Positions 21,295-29,583 of a stretch of 61,355 bases of DNA are shown piece after piece. Origin of the DNA: a candidate division WOR-3 bacterium (lineage in GTDB: Bacteria; Hydrothermota; Hydrothermia; WGAB01); NCBI GenBank assembly GCA_015490555.1, contig WFXO01000006.1, forward strand, positions 1 through 61,355, read 5' to 3'. Below the pieces are notes generated by a model. That model was given only the letters and a program-made list of their open reading frames with translations, was not told the origin of the DNA and did no database searches. How positions within the stretch are numbered: the stretch's first letter is position 1; the number at the start of each line of letters is the position of its first letter. The translations under genes and the position numbers were made by a program.

Positions 21295-21985
21295 GAAAAG
21301 CCAACGACTCCACGCGCTCACCAGAGGGTGTGTTGAGAATCATTTGGAAATCCAGGGTCACCTCTTGAAGAATTCCCTGTATCCGCTGGTCACGGATTGT
21401 CACTGCCACAAGGTGTCCCCGCCCATAAAGCCATGCGTTGACCTGAGGAATCCACCCGGAGGGTGGGGGAGAGGAGGACTGCGTGTAATTCCATAGATGT
21501 TCGGCAATCCAGGGATAAACTTCCGTGTGCTCAATCTTTTGGCCCAGGACCTGAAAGATGGACGTTGCTTTTTCCTGAAGGGAGGGTGGAAACGAGGAGA
21601 TGTTGGTATTCAGTCCAATCCCTGCCACGGCAGTCCGATTTTTGATTTCAATGAGGATGCCGCCCAGTTTTTTGTTGTGAAGGATGAGGTCATTCGGGAG
21701 TTTGATTTGGATAGGGAGGAACGTAAGGGCTCGGAGACGCGCTGCGGTGACGTAGGCGGTCCAGAGACTCAGCCCCGGAAGGCATTGGAAGGAAATGCCG
21801 CCCAGGGCGACAGAAAACCATAGCCCCCCTTCGGGAGAGAACCAGGAATGGGTTCCCCGTCCCCGGCCACGGGTTTGACGGACAGCCAAGACGATAAACG
21901 GCGGGGAGTAGCCCTGACGAAGAAGGTCAAACGCCATATCATTGGTCGAGGGGAGGGAATCGTATTGGAATGTTGCGATTTTCAT
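21263..21985 (-). CDS. birA: Biotin-protein ligase (group I, no HTH)
   Basis: STND, QT.GRGR...W.SP.GG, K.PND, KLGGIL.E, GIGLN. Confidence 0.92.
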   Translation of the reverse strand: MKIATFQYDSLPSTNDMAFDLLRQGYSPPFIVLAVRQTRGRGRGTHSWFSPEGGLWFSVALGGISFQCLPGLSLWTAYVTAARLRALTFLPIQIKLPNDLILHNKKLGGILIEIKNRTAVAGIGLNTNISSFPPSLQEKATSIFQVLGQKIEHTEVYPWIAEHLWNYTQSSSPPPSGWIPQVNAWLYGRGHLVAVTIRDQRIQGILQEVTLDFQMILNTPSGERVESLAFLKDFEIVNEG

Positions 21986-21990
21986 TCTGA

Positions 21991-22067
21991 TGGTGGGCGG
22001 TGGAGGACTCGAACCTCCGACCTCTGGTATGTGAAACCAGCGTTCTCACCAGCTGAACTAACCGCCC
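21991..22067 (-). tRNA. tRNA-Val(CAC), CCA encoded
   Basis: 77-nt cloverleaf GGGCGGT...; anticodon arm CTGGT-TTCACAT-ACCAG; T-loop GGTTCGAGTCC; 3' ACCA. Confidence 0.97.
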
Positions 22068-22078
22068 GTGTGTCTACA

Positions 22079-22107
22079 ATTTTATCCGTCCCTTTCTAAG
22101 GATGCAA
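22079..22107 (-). promoter_or_regulatory. Putative promoter of tRNA-Val-birA
   Basis: TTGCAT-17 bp-TAAAAT. Confidence 0.6.
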
Positions 22108-22257
22108 GCCTCCAAGAATATGACAATTTTGAATGTGGAGTGCTCAAAGAGGATGATTTCCACATCCACTGTATAAAAATCACCTCGGGTGTCGTTTTCC
22201 ACAAGGTGTGCGGAAAGAGTTCCCCGGCTAACGCTTTTCTTCCTAAAGATGGAGCCT

Positions 22258-23478
22258 TTAAAGTCTCGATTTTGTCCGGAAGTAAAAGGTTTGGCCTTCA
22301 GGATGGGGGAGTTCTTGAAGTTTCCCCTGGCGGATCAACTCGGAGAGCAGGTGACTGAAGAGAACAACCGGAATCCGTGTATGGGTCCAGATAAAGGCCC
22401 GGGGAGCGATGACGTCCACCTGGTCTAACAGCATTTCCTGAAGGTCCAGGAAGGGCGCAGGCTGTCGAGGCTCAGCCCGGCGAACAAAATCCGGAAACGG
22501 ATCGGGAGCCATGAGGAGTTTGCCGAGTTCATAGGTCACGACCCATGGATCTGGGACCTCCCGGTACAAGGCCAGCACCATATCAGCCTGGGTCACGCGT
22601 TTCCTCGCCATCTCCGTGATGAGGGGGAAGTCCCCTGAATAGCCTAAAGCCTTGGCAGATTCTCGGATTTTGTCTTTGAGGGAAAGAACAATTTCTGAAA
22701 CGGGCTGGATTTCTCCCATCCATCGAAACTGGGCACGGAGTCCATGCGTCAAGGCCTGGTACCGGTTGATCAAATACTCGAGATAACGTTCACGCGTCAG
22801 AGCGATCCCATCAGCCGAGAAGACGTGAGCCACTACAAACGGGACAAATTCCAGCAAAAAGGTGGTGGAAATGGGGGCGTCTGCGACACGGACTTGAAGG
22901 GTTGGGTGTCGGTCAAGCCCGCTATCCATAATGTCGATACCCCAAGACCATTGTTGAGCCTCCAAAGACCCGGCGGAGGGGAAAGGGCTGGCGGCCCAAC
23001 CGGCATTGTCCCACATCCGGAGACTCTGATGCCGTCCCGGGGGGCGGTAGGGATTGATCGGGGAAGAGACCGCCATGGCCAGCCAGATCGGCGACCAGTA
23101 GATGAGATCCTGGATCCGCTGTTCCAGCATTTCCAGGTCATAAAAGGTTCCCACATGGATGTGGAGCCCCAACACACCCCCTATCTTTGGGACAGTCCCC
23201 GAAATCACAGGCAGCAGGTCCTCTTTTTGACATTGTCGGGTAAGGCTCTTCAAGGCCCCTGAAAGTCGGTGCTTCAGTTCCTGGACATCCCGGAGGATCC
23301 CGGCGCGTAACTCCAGAAGGGTTGCATTCACTTCAAAAAGAAAATCCGTTCCAACCCGAAGCGCCGGATTCTCTCGCTGGATCTCGTGGGCCACTTTCAA
23401 AACAACCGATTTTTCGACAGGGAGCCCGTTGGCCTTGAGAAGCAGGAGTTCCCACTCAAAAGAGAAGGTTCGGTTCAT
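22258..23478 (-). CDS. Divergent glutamate-cysteine ligase family 2 (GCS2/YbdK-like) carboxylate-amine ligase
   Basis: TFSFEWELLL (cf. TxGxExE), LELR, GLHIHVG, ..SSP....S.R, PTLQVRVAD, NRYQA..HG; start at MNRTFS after GGAGG. Confidence 0.72.
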   Translation of the reverse strand: MNRTFSFEWELLLLKANGLPVEKSVVLKVAHEIQRENPALRVGTDFLFEVNATLLELRAGILRDVQELKHRLSGALKSLTRQCQKEDLLPVISGTVPKIGGVLGLHIHVGTFYDLEMLEQRIQDLIYWSPIWLAMAVSSPINPYRPPGRHQSLRMWDNAGWAASPFPSAGSLEAQQWSWGIDIMDSGLDRHPTLQVRVADAPISTTFLLEFVPFVVAHVFSADGIALTRERYLEYLINRYQALTHGLRAQFRWMGEIQPVSEIVLSLKDKIRESAKALGYSGDFPLITEMARKRVTQADMVLALYREVPDPWVVTYELGKLLMAPDPFPDFVRRAEPRQPAPFLDLQEMLLDQVDVIAPRAFIWTHTRIPVVLFSHLLSELIRQGKLQELPHPEGQTFYFRTKSRL

Positions 23479-24889
23479 CAGGAGACCTCCCAGTTTTCTG
23501 AACATCCCTTTCGTTGCCCTCCGGCAAGAAGTAGAAGGGCGTTCCTTCAATCCATCGAGCCTCATGTGGCTTCTCAAGTGTGAAACCGATCTGCCCCTTG
23601 GGAACTTGGAGGGACATTCCGTTGTTCCCACTATTGAGGTTTTTCCCGATGGCGACTGTAAACGTCCACTTCTGGTGGACCCACCGTTTGGGTTTTCCTT
23701 TCCATGCCGGAAGTCGGAAGTCGACGACCGGCCCCTCAGGATAACTGAGTAAGCGAGGGTGGACTGGCTCTGGGAAGTGGACAAGGGCGCACAGAGGCTC
23801 TTGAACGATGCCTAAAAGTGGAAAAGACCACTCATGGACTTCTTGGGCATGACTAAACCGAGCCGGGGGAGCAGCCCAGAGTACGTCTTCGCGGTACGGT
23901 GTACGGTAGACCACCCGAAAACGCAGGTCTTCGGGGTGCGGAAAGGCCCACTGGAGGCGTGGTGTTTGGTGAGAAGTCTGTTTGGAAGCAATGTGGATCT
24001 CTACCTGGAAAATGGGGTGTTGAGGAATCAAGCGAATCCGGGCCTCTACCCAGAGTTTCTTTTTCTTTTTCCGAAGGCCGATCTCCAGCCGGTTCCGTGG
24101 CCACCACACCTCCATGTCTTCTAACCAAGGTTTCTGGTCCGAGAGCGAGAGACCCAGTCCAAAAGGGACCAAAGCCTTACTGGCAAAGTGGTATTCTGCC
24201 GAAGGCTTCCAGACACTCTGTCCGGTCCCCATATCCTGGAGGAGAACCACGCGTCCTCCCTTCGGATCGACCCCCAGCCGGAGAAGCCCATTTTCGAGAT
24301 AATACCAGGTGCGGCCGTAAATCAGTCCAGGGCCTGAATATCGATGGACACCCCTTTGAGGGGCCAGGATGGCCCGATCCACGGTCCGTCCATCGACTTT
24401 GAGGATGAGTTGCCGGGGACGATGCTTGCGAGGCCGGAGTTGGATTTGGGCCAGGGGATCTCTCCCGCCGTCCAACCGGCGACTTCCCTCCCAGAGACTC
24501 CAGAGGAGCCCCTGAGGATTGTAGAGGGTGATGGAATGATGTTCGTCAAAGAGGGGTCGTTCAAAATAGACGGGCTGGAGGATGTTTCGACTTTCTTCTG
24601 CGGTCAATAAAAGTTGTTCGCCCCGGCGGGGGATCCGCCAAAAAATGCGTTCGATCCACCCGGTCCGACCCTTGACGCCGACTTTCCCAAGGGTTCCGGG
24701 AAGGGCCCCTTGGATCCGGACCTGAAGCCGGCACCGGTGGAACCCTTCAGCAGTGGTCTCCAGACACCAAACATTCAACACCTTTGCCAGAAGCCAAAAC
24801 ATGCCCTTTAGGATATCTTCGGTGTATAGGATTTTCAAGGATTGGATTACAATTCGGGGGTCTTCGAGCGGGGACCGGGAGGGGGACAT
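23456..24889 (-). CDS. Hypothetical protein with possible galactose-mutarotase-like beta-sandwich region
   Basis: Long ORF overlapping both neighbours; LENGLLRLGVDPKGGRVV motif; start uncertain. Confidence 0.55.
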   Translation of the reverse strand: MSPSRSPLEDPRIVIQSLKILYTEDILKGMFWLLAKVLNVWCLETTAEGFHRCRLQVRIQGALPGTLGKVGVKGRTGWIERIFWRIPRRGEQLLLTAEESRNILQPVYFERPLFDEHHSITLYNPQGLLWSLWEGSRRLDGGRDPLAQIQLRPRKHRPRQLILKVDGRTVDRAILAPQRGVHRYSGPGLIYGRTWYYLENGLLRLGVDPKGGRVVLLQDMGTGQSVWKPSAEYHFASKALVPFGLGLSLSDQKPWLEDMEVWWPRNRLEIGLRKKKKKLWVEARIRLIPQHPIFQVEIHIASKQTSHQTPRLQWAFPHPEDLRFRVVYRTPYREDVLWAAPPARFSHAQEVHEWSFPLLGIVQEPLCALVHFPEPVHPRLLSYPEGPVVDFRLPAWKGKPKRWVHQKWTFTVAIGKNLNSGNNGMSLQVPKGQIGFTLEKPHEARWIEGTPFYFLPEGNERDVQKTGRSPDEPNLLF

Positions 24890-26292
24890 TCGCGAATCGC
24901 CAACGTGTTGGTGATGCCAGGCCGCTCCATGGGGAGCCCCAACAGAAAGATGAGAAAGCCGGGCTTGTCGATCTGGATATGTTGTTGAATCCAGGCTTGT
25001 GCTTCCTCTTCTAAGGCCGAGAAGTTTTTGACCGTGGACAGGACGGGGAGAACCCCATACGCAAAGGTCAACCGCCGTGCGGTGTCTCTTCTCGGGGTCA
25101 AGGCCAGGATAGGGACCTTTGGTCGTCGTTTTGCTACCCGGAGTGCGGTGGAGCCGGAATAGGTCGGGGTGACGATCATGAGGGTCGAGAGTTGAGAGGA
25201 GACGGTTACGCAAACCTCTGCCAAGATCTCGTTGGGATCGTCGTGAGGACCGTGGAGTGTGGGGAACGCAAGATGCCGTTCCGCCTCTATGAAGATCCGA
25301 TGTGCCCATTGGACGGTTTCCACTGGATAGGAACCGATGGCGGTTTCTTCGGACAGCAAGATTCCGTCGGCTCCGTCCATGGCCGCTTGGAACACATCCG
25401 TGACTTCGGCTCGGGTCGGTCGTGCATGATCGACCATCGAAGCCATGGTTTGGGTCGCCACAAAGACAGGTTTGCTTTTTCGCCGTGCGATCCGGATGAT
25501 CCTGCGCTGTTCGAAAGGGAGTTGTACCAGGGGAATGGCGATGCCCAAGTCTCCTCGTGCCACGATGATGCCATCGGCCAGGTCGACAATATCCTCGAGT
25601 TGGGACAGGGCCTCGCGTCGTTCGATTTTGGCGAAAAGCATGATCTTTCGATCCGCCTTTTCGAGGAGTTTTCGGGCGTCTTCCAGGTTTTCCGGGGTCT
25701 GGACATAGGAAAGGGCAATGCCATCAAAGCCCGCACGAATCCCCAGTTCTAGGAGTTCACGGTCCCGATCGGTCAGGGAGGGGAGTTTGGGTCCGTCTGC
25801 GAAGGTCACTCCCTTCCCGGCCAAAAGCAACCCGCCTTTTCGAACGAGGGTTCGAGTCGGCGGCCCTGGATCTTGAACTTCTAACTCGATATCTCCATCT
25901 CCTAAAAAGATGCGATCTCCGGGCTTCAATCCTTTGGAGAACCCGGGCCACCGGACCTGGACCCCTTCCGATGTGCCCAGCCGTTCTTCTTCGTAAAGAT
26001 AGAAGATTTGACCCTTTTCAAGGCGAAGGGAGGTCCCTTGGATGGGCCCAATTCGAACTTTGGGACCGGGTAAATCTTGAAGAACTGCCAGGGTTTTGCC
26101 GGTCTCCCTTTCAATTCTGCGGATCTCTTGCAAGATCTCGAGATGGTGTTCTGGTGTCCCGTGGCTGAAGTTCAGCCGGAAAATCTGCGCACCGGCCTCT
26201 ACCAAAGCCCGGAGCGTTTCCGGTGCCTCAGAAGCCGGCCCCACAGTGGCCATGATCTTCGACTTCCGGATTTCTTCAACGCGCTGTTTCAT
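24847..26292 (-). CDS. pyk: Pyruvate kinase
   Basis: KI.AT.GPAS, RLNFSHG, DL.GPK.R, KIE, VARGDLG, PTRAEVTDV, LSEETA.G.YP; ATGA overlap with tnaA. Confidence 0.96.
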   Translation of the reverse strand: MKQRVEEIRKSKIMATVGPASEAPETLRALVEAGAQIFRLNFSHGTPEHHLEILQEIRRIERETGKTLAVLQDLPGPKVRIGPIQGTSLRLEKGQIFYLYEEERLGTSEGVQVRWPGFSKGLKPGDRIFLGDGDIELEVQDPGPPTRTLVRKGGLLLAGKGVTFADGPKLPSLTDRDRELLELGIRAGFDGIALSYVQTPENLEDARKLLEKADRKIMLFAKIERREALSQLEDIVDLADGIIVARGDLGIAIPLVQLPFEQRRIIRIARRKSKPVFVATQTMASMVDHARPTRAEVTDVFQAAMDGADGILLSEETAIGSYPVETVQWAHRIFIEAERHLAFPTLHGPHDDPNEILAEVCVTVSSQLSTLMIVTPTYSGSTALRVAKRRPKVPILALTPRRDTARRLTFAYGVLPVLSTVKNFSALEEEAQAWIQQHIQIDKPGFLIFLLGLPMERPGITNTLAIRECPPPGPRSKTPEL

Positions 26293-27659
26293 GGGGCGTA
26301 TGGTCCTCCGATGGACTCCAAGGAAGCCAGGAAGTGCCGTAGATACGGAGGCTCCTGAATGATGCGGAAGCCGGTAAGGGCAGTCCTCTTTTCTGCGACT
26401 TTTTGAAATGTCCAGAGCACGTGGTCCAGATGGCTTTGTGTATACACACGTCGTGGAATAGCGAGACGGACCAATTCCTTTTCGACCATCCGATCTTTGC
26501 CGAACATCAACGACCCCAGTTCCACGGCCCGTACGCCTCCTTCCACATAGAGGGCGATCACCAACACTTGGCCCGGGAATTCGTGAGCCGGGATGTGGGG
26601 AAGCCATGCGCCGGCATCGACGTAAACCGCATGTCCTCCTGGTGGCCAGAGAACAGGAACCCCCTGCTCACGGAGTCCCTCGGCGAGGTATCGGACCTGG
26701 CCAACTCGATACGCAAGGTACCGTTCATCCAGGGATTCCCGAAGCCCCACGGCAATGGCCTCCAGATCCCGACCCGCCAATCCCCCATAGGTCAGAAATC
26801 CTTCCCAGAGCACCAGATACTGAGAGAAAGTCTGGACCCAGTCTTCTCGATCGGTGGCAATGAATCCACCGATATTTGCCAGACCGTCTTTTTTGGCGCT
26901 CATGGTGACAATATCGGCAAGTTGGAGGGATTCTCGAACAATTTCCTCGATCGTCCGTCCTGCGTACCCGTCCTCAAACGTTTTGATAAAATAGGCATTT
27001 TCCGAAGTGCGACAGGCGTCAATATGGAACGGTACATCGAACTCGTTCAGGATCTCTCGGGTCGCCCGAAGGTTTGCCATCGAAACCGGCTGTCCACCCC
27101 GGCTGTTGTTTGTGATGGTCATGGTGAAGAGAGCCACCCGCTGCCCCTCGTTCCTGAGTTTCTTGAGCGTTTTTCGGAGGGCCTCCGTGTCTACATTTCC
27201 CTGGAAGGGGTTGTCTGGAGCGGAAGCCTGGACCGGGAGTTCAATCGGGACCGCCCCTTTGGCACGGAAGTTTGCCACCGTGGTGTCAAAGAAGGTGTTG
27301 GAGATCACGGCGTCTCCGGGTTGGATCAAGGCTTCGGCCAAAATCTTTTCAGCGGCACGGCCCTGATGGACGGGGAGGACAAACCGCTTGCCCGTGTACG
27401 ACTGGACGGCTTCTTGGAACCTCTGGAAACTCCGTGCCCCGGCATACGACTCATCCGCTCGCATCAACGCGGCCCACTGTTCTTGACTCATAGCACCGGT
27501 ACCAGAGTCTGTTAATAGGTCTACCCAAATGGCGTCTGCAGGGATCCGGAAAACGTTATATTGTGCCTTTTGGATGATGTGAAGCCGTTCTTCACGGGAG
27601 GGGAAGGCGATGGGTTCCACCATCTTGATCCGGAAAGGCTCTAATGGGTGTGTAGCCAT
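26289..27659 (-). CDS. tnaA: Tryptophanase (PLP beta-eliminating lyase)
   Basis: EPFRIKMVE, DLLTDSGT, HQGRAAE, SAKKD (PLP lysine), RLAIPRRVYT and LRHF favour tryptophanase over tyrosine phenol-lyase (SGKKD/LRFF). Confidence 0.9.
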   Translation of the reverse strand: MATHPLEPFRIKMVEPIAFPSREERLHIIQKAQYNVFRIPADAIWVDLLTDSGTGAMSQEQWAALMRADESYAGARSFQRFQEAVQSYTGKRFVLPVHQGRAAEKILAEALIQPGDAVISNTFFDTTVANFRAKGAVPIELPVQASAPDNPFQGNVDTEALRKTLKKLRNEGQRVALFTMTITNNSRGGQPVSMANLRATREILNEFDVPFHIDACRTSENAYFIKTFEDGYAGRTIEEIVRESLQLADIVTMSAKKDGLANIGGFIATDREDWVQTFSQYLVLWEGFLTYGGLAGRDLEAIAVGLRESLDERYLAYRVGQVRYLAEGLREQGVPVLWPPGGHAVYVDAGAWLPHIPAHEFPGQVLVIALYVEGGVRAVELGSLMFGKDRMVEKELVRLAIPRRVYTQSHLDHVLWTFQKVAEKRTALTGFRIIQEPPYLRHFLASLESIGGPYAP

Positions 27660-27716
27660 GGATTTCCCCCTTTCGTCTTTGAAAAAGCCAGAACCTCTTC
27701 GGGCATCACTTCCCCA

Positions 27717-27745
27717 AATATATAGACAAATCCGGTGGTGTTCAA
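27717..27745 (-). promoter_or_regulatory. Putative tnaA promoter
   Basis: TTGAAC-17 bp-TATATT. Confidence 0.5.
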
Positions 27746-28002
27746 TCCGTGGAGTCGTTTCAGGGCATTGATTCTCAAACGATTCTAAGTTGGTTGGCAG
27801 ACGAAAGGGGCAGTCCAAAAGGCAGTAACATACCCTGCGAAGTCACGATATCTACTGTTGACGAATGTGATAGCGTCGGACGTGTATCGAGGAGAGTAGA
27901 GGAGGGTTGTGTGTACGACCAGAGGGCAAGGGGCAGAATTCACGATCCAGGCCTTCTTCTGATTCCGTTTCAACATATTTCAGGACTTGGCAATGTGTAA
28001 GT

Positions 28003-28031
28003 TTGACCCCCTGTGGGGATACACCTATAAT
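28003..28031 (+). promoter_or_regulatory. Near-consensus sigma70 promoter, leaderless spacing
   Basis: TTGACC-17 bp-TATAAT, 7 nt before ATG 28039. Confidence 0.75.
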
Positions 28032-28038
28032 AGGAGCC

Positions 28039-28962
28039 ATGAAGGTTTCTCTTCTCATCCCCGCATACAACGAACGCGAGAACATTCCGGAACTTTTGGA
28101 AACCACTCGGGAATTCTTCGAAAAGAACGCCATTCAGGACTGGGAAATGATCGTGATCAACGATGGCTCCACCGATGGTACCGGAGAACTCCTGGAAGAA
28201 CTTAAGCCACGATACCCCTTTTTAAAGGTCGCTCATCACCGAAGAAACCAGGGGGTCAGTGCAGGACTCTTAACCGGATTTCTCCATTCTTCAGGGGAGA
28301 TCCTTGTGTATTACGCTGCAGATATGCAGTTCTCGTTAGAAGATGTCAAGCGGATGGTGGAAACCATGGAGCGGGAGGGTGTCGATATTGTGGCAGGCAA
28401 AAAGGTGGGGAAGTATGAGAAGAAGTTGGTTTCGAAGATTTATAACTGGCTTTCCGCAAAGTTGTTTGACCTACCGGTAACGGATCTGAATTCGATGAAG
28501 GCGATGCGCCGTGAGATCTTTGAAGAGATCCCGATGAGAAAAGATTGGCACCGTTACATCATTCCCCTTGCGTACCACAAGGGCTTCAAGGTCACCGAAA
28601 TTCCTGTAACCCTCTATCCCAGGAGGCATGGTGATAGCAAATACAAAGGGGTAGGGAGAATTTTGATCGGTTTTTTGGACCTCATTGCGGTCAAGTTTCA
28701 AATTACGTTCATGCAGAAACCGATGCTCTTTTTTGGAACACTGGGCCTCTTTTCGATGGCGGGGGGTGTGGTTGTCGGTCTTGTAAGCCTATACCTTCGG
28801 TTTATCCTCCATCATGGCTATCGTCCCTTGGCTTATTTGGTCATGTTGTTGATCTTGATGGGGCTGATCCTTTTTGCCATCGGATTTTTAGGCGAATTGA
28901 TCGCCGCTCAAAACGATCGTATGGAACTCTTCCTCCGGCAACAAAGCCAGAGGAGGACATAA
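28039..28962 (+). CDS. GT2 glycosyltransferase (polyprenol-phosphate/ArnC-like) with two C-terminal TM helices
   Basis: SLLIPAYNE, INDGSTDGT, ADMQ, R..G.SKY, hydrophobic C-terminal helices. Confidence 0.9.
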   Translation: MKVSLLIPAYNERENIPELLETTREFFEKNAIQDWEMIVINDGSTDGTGELLEELKPRYPFLKVAHHRRNQGVSAGLLTGFLHSSGEILVYYAADMQFSLEDVKRMVETMEREGVDIVAGKKVGKYEKKLVSKIYNWLSAKLFDLPVTDLNSMKAMRREIFEEIPMRKDWHRYIIPLAYHKGFKVTEIPVTLYPRRHGDSKYKGVGRILIGFLDLIAVKFQITFMQKPMLFFGTLGLFSMAGGVVVGLVSLYLRFILHHGYRPLAYLVMLLILMGLILFAIGFLGELIAAQNDRMELFLRQQSQRRT

Positions 28963-28980
28963 AACGAAAGGAGGCCATCC

Positions 28981-29583
28981 ATGAAGCGGGTCGTTCTGTG
29001 GCTCTTTGCGGGTGGGGTGGTCCTCGGTGTATCGCAGAATGGGTGGGGAATTGAACGGGTTTTAAAACCGGATTCCTCTCCAGAAGAACGGGTTCGTGTC
29101 GCAAAGCAATACAAAGATGTCGAAATCCCATTGGGAGACAGTGTTTTTGCCATCGTGAACACCAACAAAGGAACGTTTAAAGTCATCCTCTATCCAAAAG
29201 ATGCCCCCATCACGGTCCAGAACTTCGTCCGCCTTTCCCTTCTTGGATTTTATGACGGTCTAACCTTCCACCGCTATGTCCCGAACTTTGTCATCCAAGG
29301 AGGGGACCCTTATGGAAAAGGGTACGGCGATGCTGGGTATACCATCCCTTTAGAAATTTCCGAGAGAAAGCATGTGATGGGAGCCCTGGGAATGGCCCGA
29401 GCGCAGGATCCGAATTCTGGAAGCTGCCAATGGTATATCACCTTGAAAGCCACCCCATTTTTAGATGGCAAATACACCGTATTTGGGAAAGTGATTGAGG
29501 GTATGGATGTGGTATTAAAACTCCGTCAAGGAGATGTCATTGAAAGAATTGATATTGAAGGGGTTGAGTCCCAAAAGGAGTGA
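28981..29583 (+). CDS. Cyclophilin-type peptidyl-prolyl isomerase with signal peptide
   Basis: AP.TV.NF, FHR.VPNFVIQGGDP, GALGMAR, LDGKYTVFGKV. Confidence 0.94.
   Translation: MKRVVLWLFAGGVVLGVSQNGWGIERVLKPDSSPEERVRVAKQYKDVEIPLGDSVFAIVNTNKGTFKVILYPKDAPITVQNFVRLSLLGFYDGLTFHRYVPNFVIQGGDPYGKGYGDAGYTIPLEISERKHVMGALGMARAQDPNSGSCQWYITLKATPFLDGKYTVFGKVIEGMDVVLKLRQGDVIERIDIEGVESQKE

Noticed and set aside
22068-22257. DnaA-box-like TTTTCCACA (22195-22203) and a possible integration site beside the tRNA
   Set aside because: One good box only; no AT-rich unwinding element, integrase or duplicated tRNA 3' end.
23479-26607. Long N-terminal extensions in the ORF track for pyk, the hypothetical and the GCS2 gene
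   Set aside because: They overlap upstream genes in other frames; homology and SD/overlap positions point to later starts.
26403-27515. 370-aa ORF antisense to tnaA
   Set aside because: Lies wholly opposite a confident gene and has no recognisable domain.
26289-27659. Tyrosine phenol-lyase call
   Set aside because: SAKKD and LRHF match tryptophanase rather than TPL.
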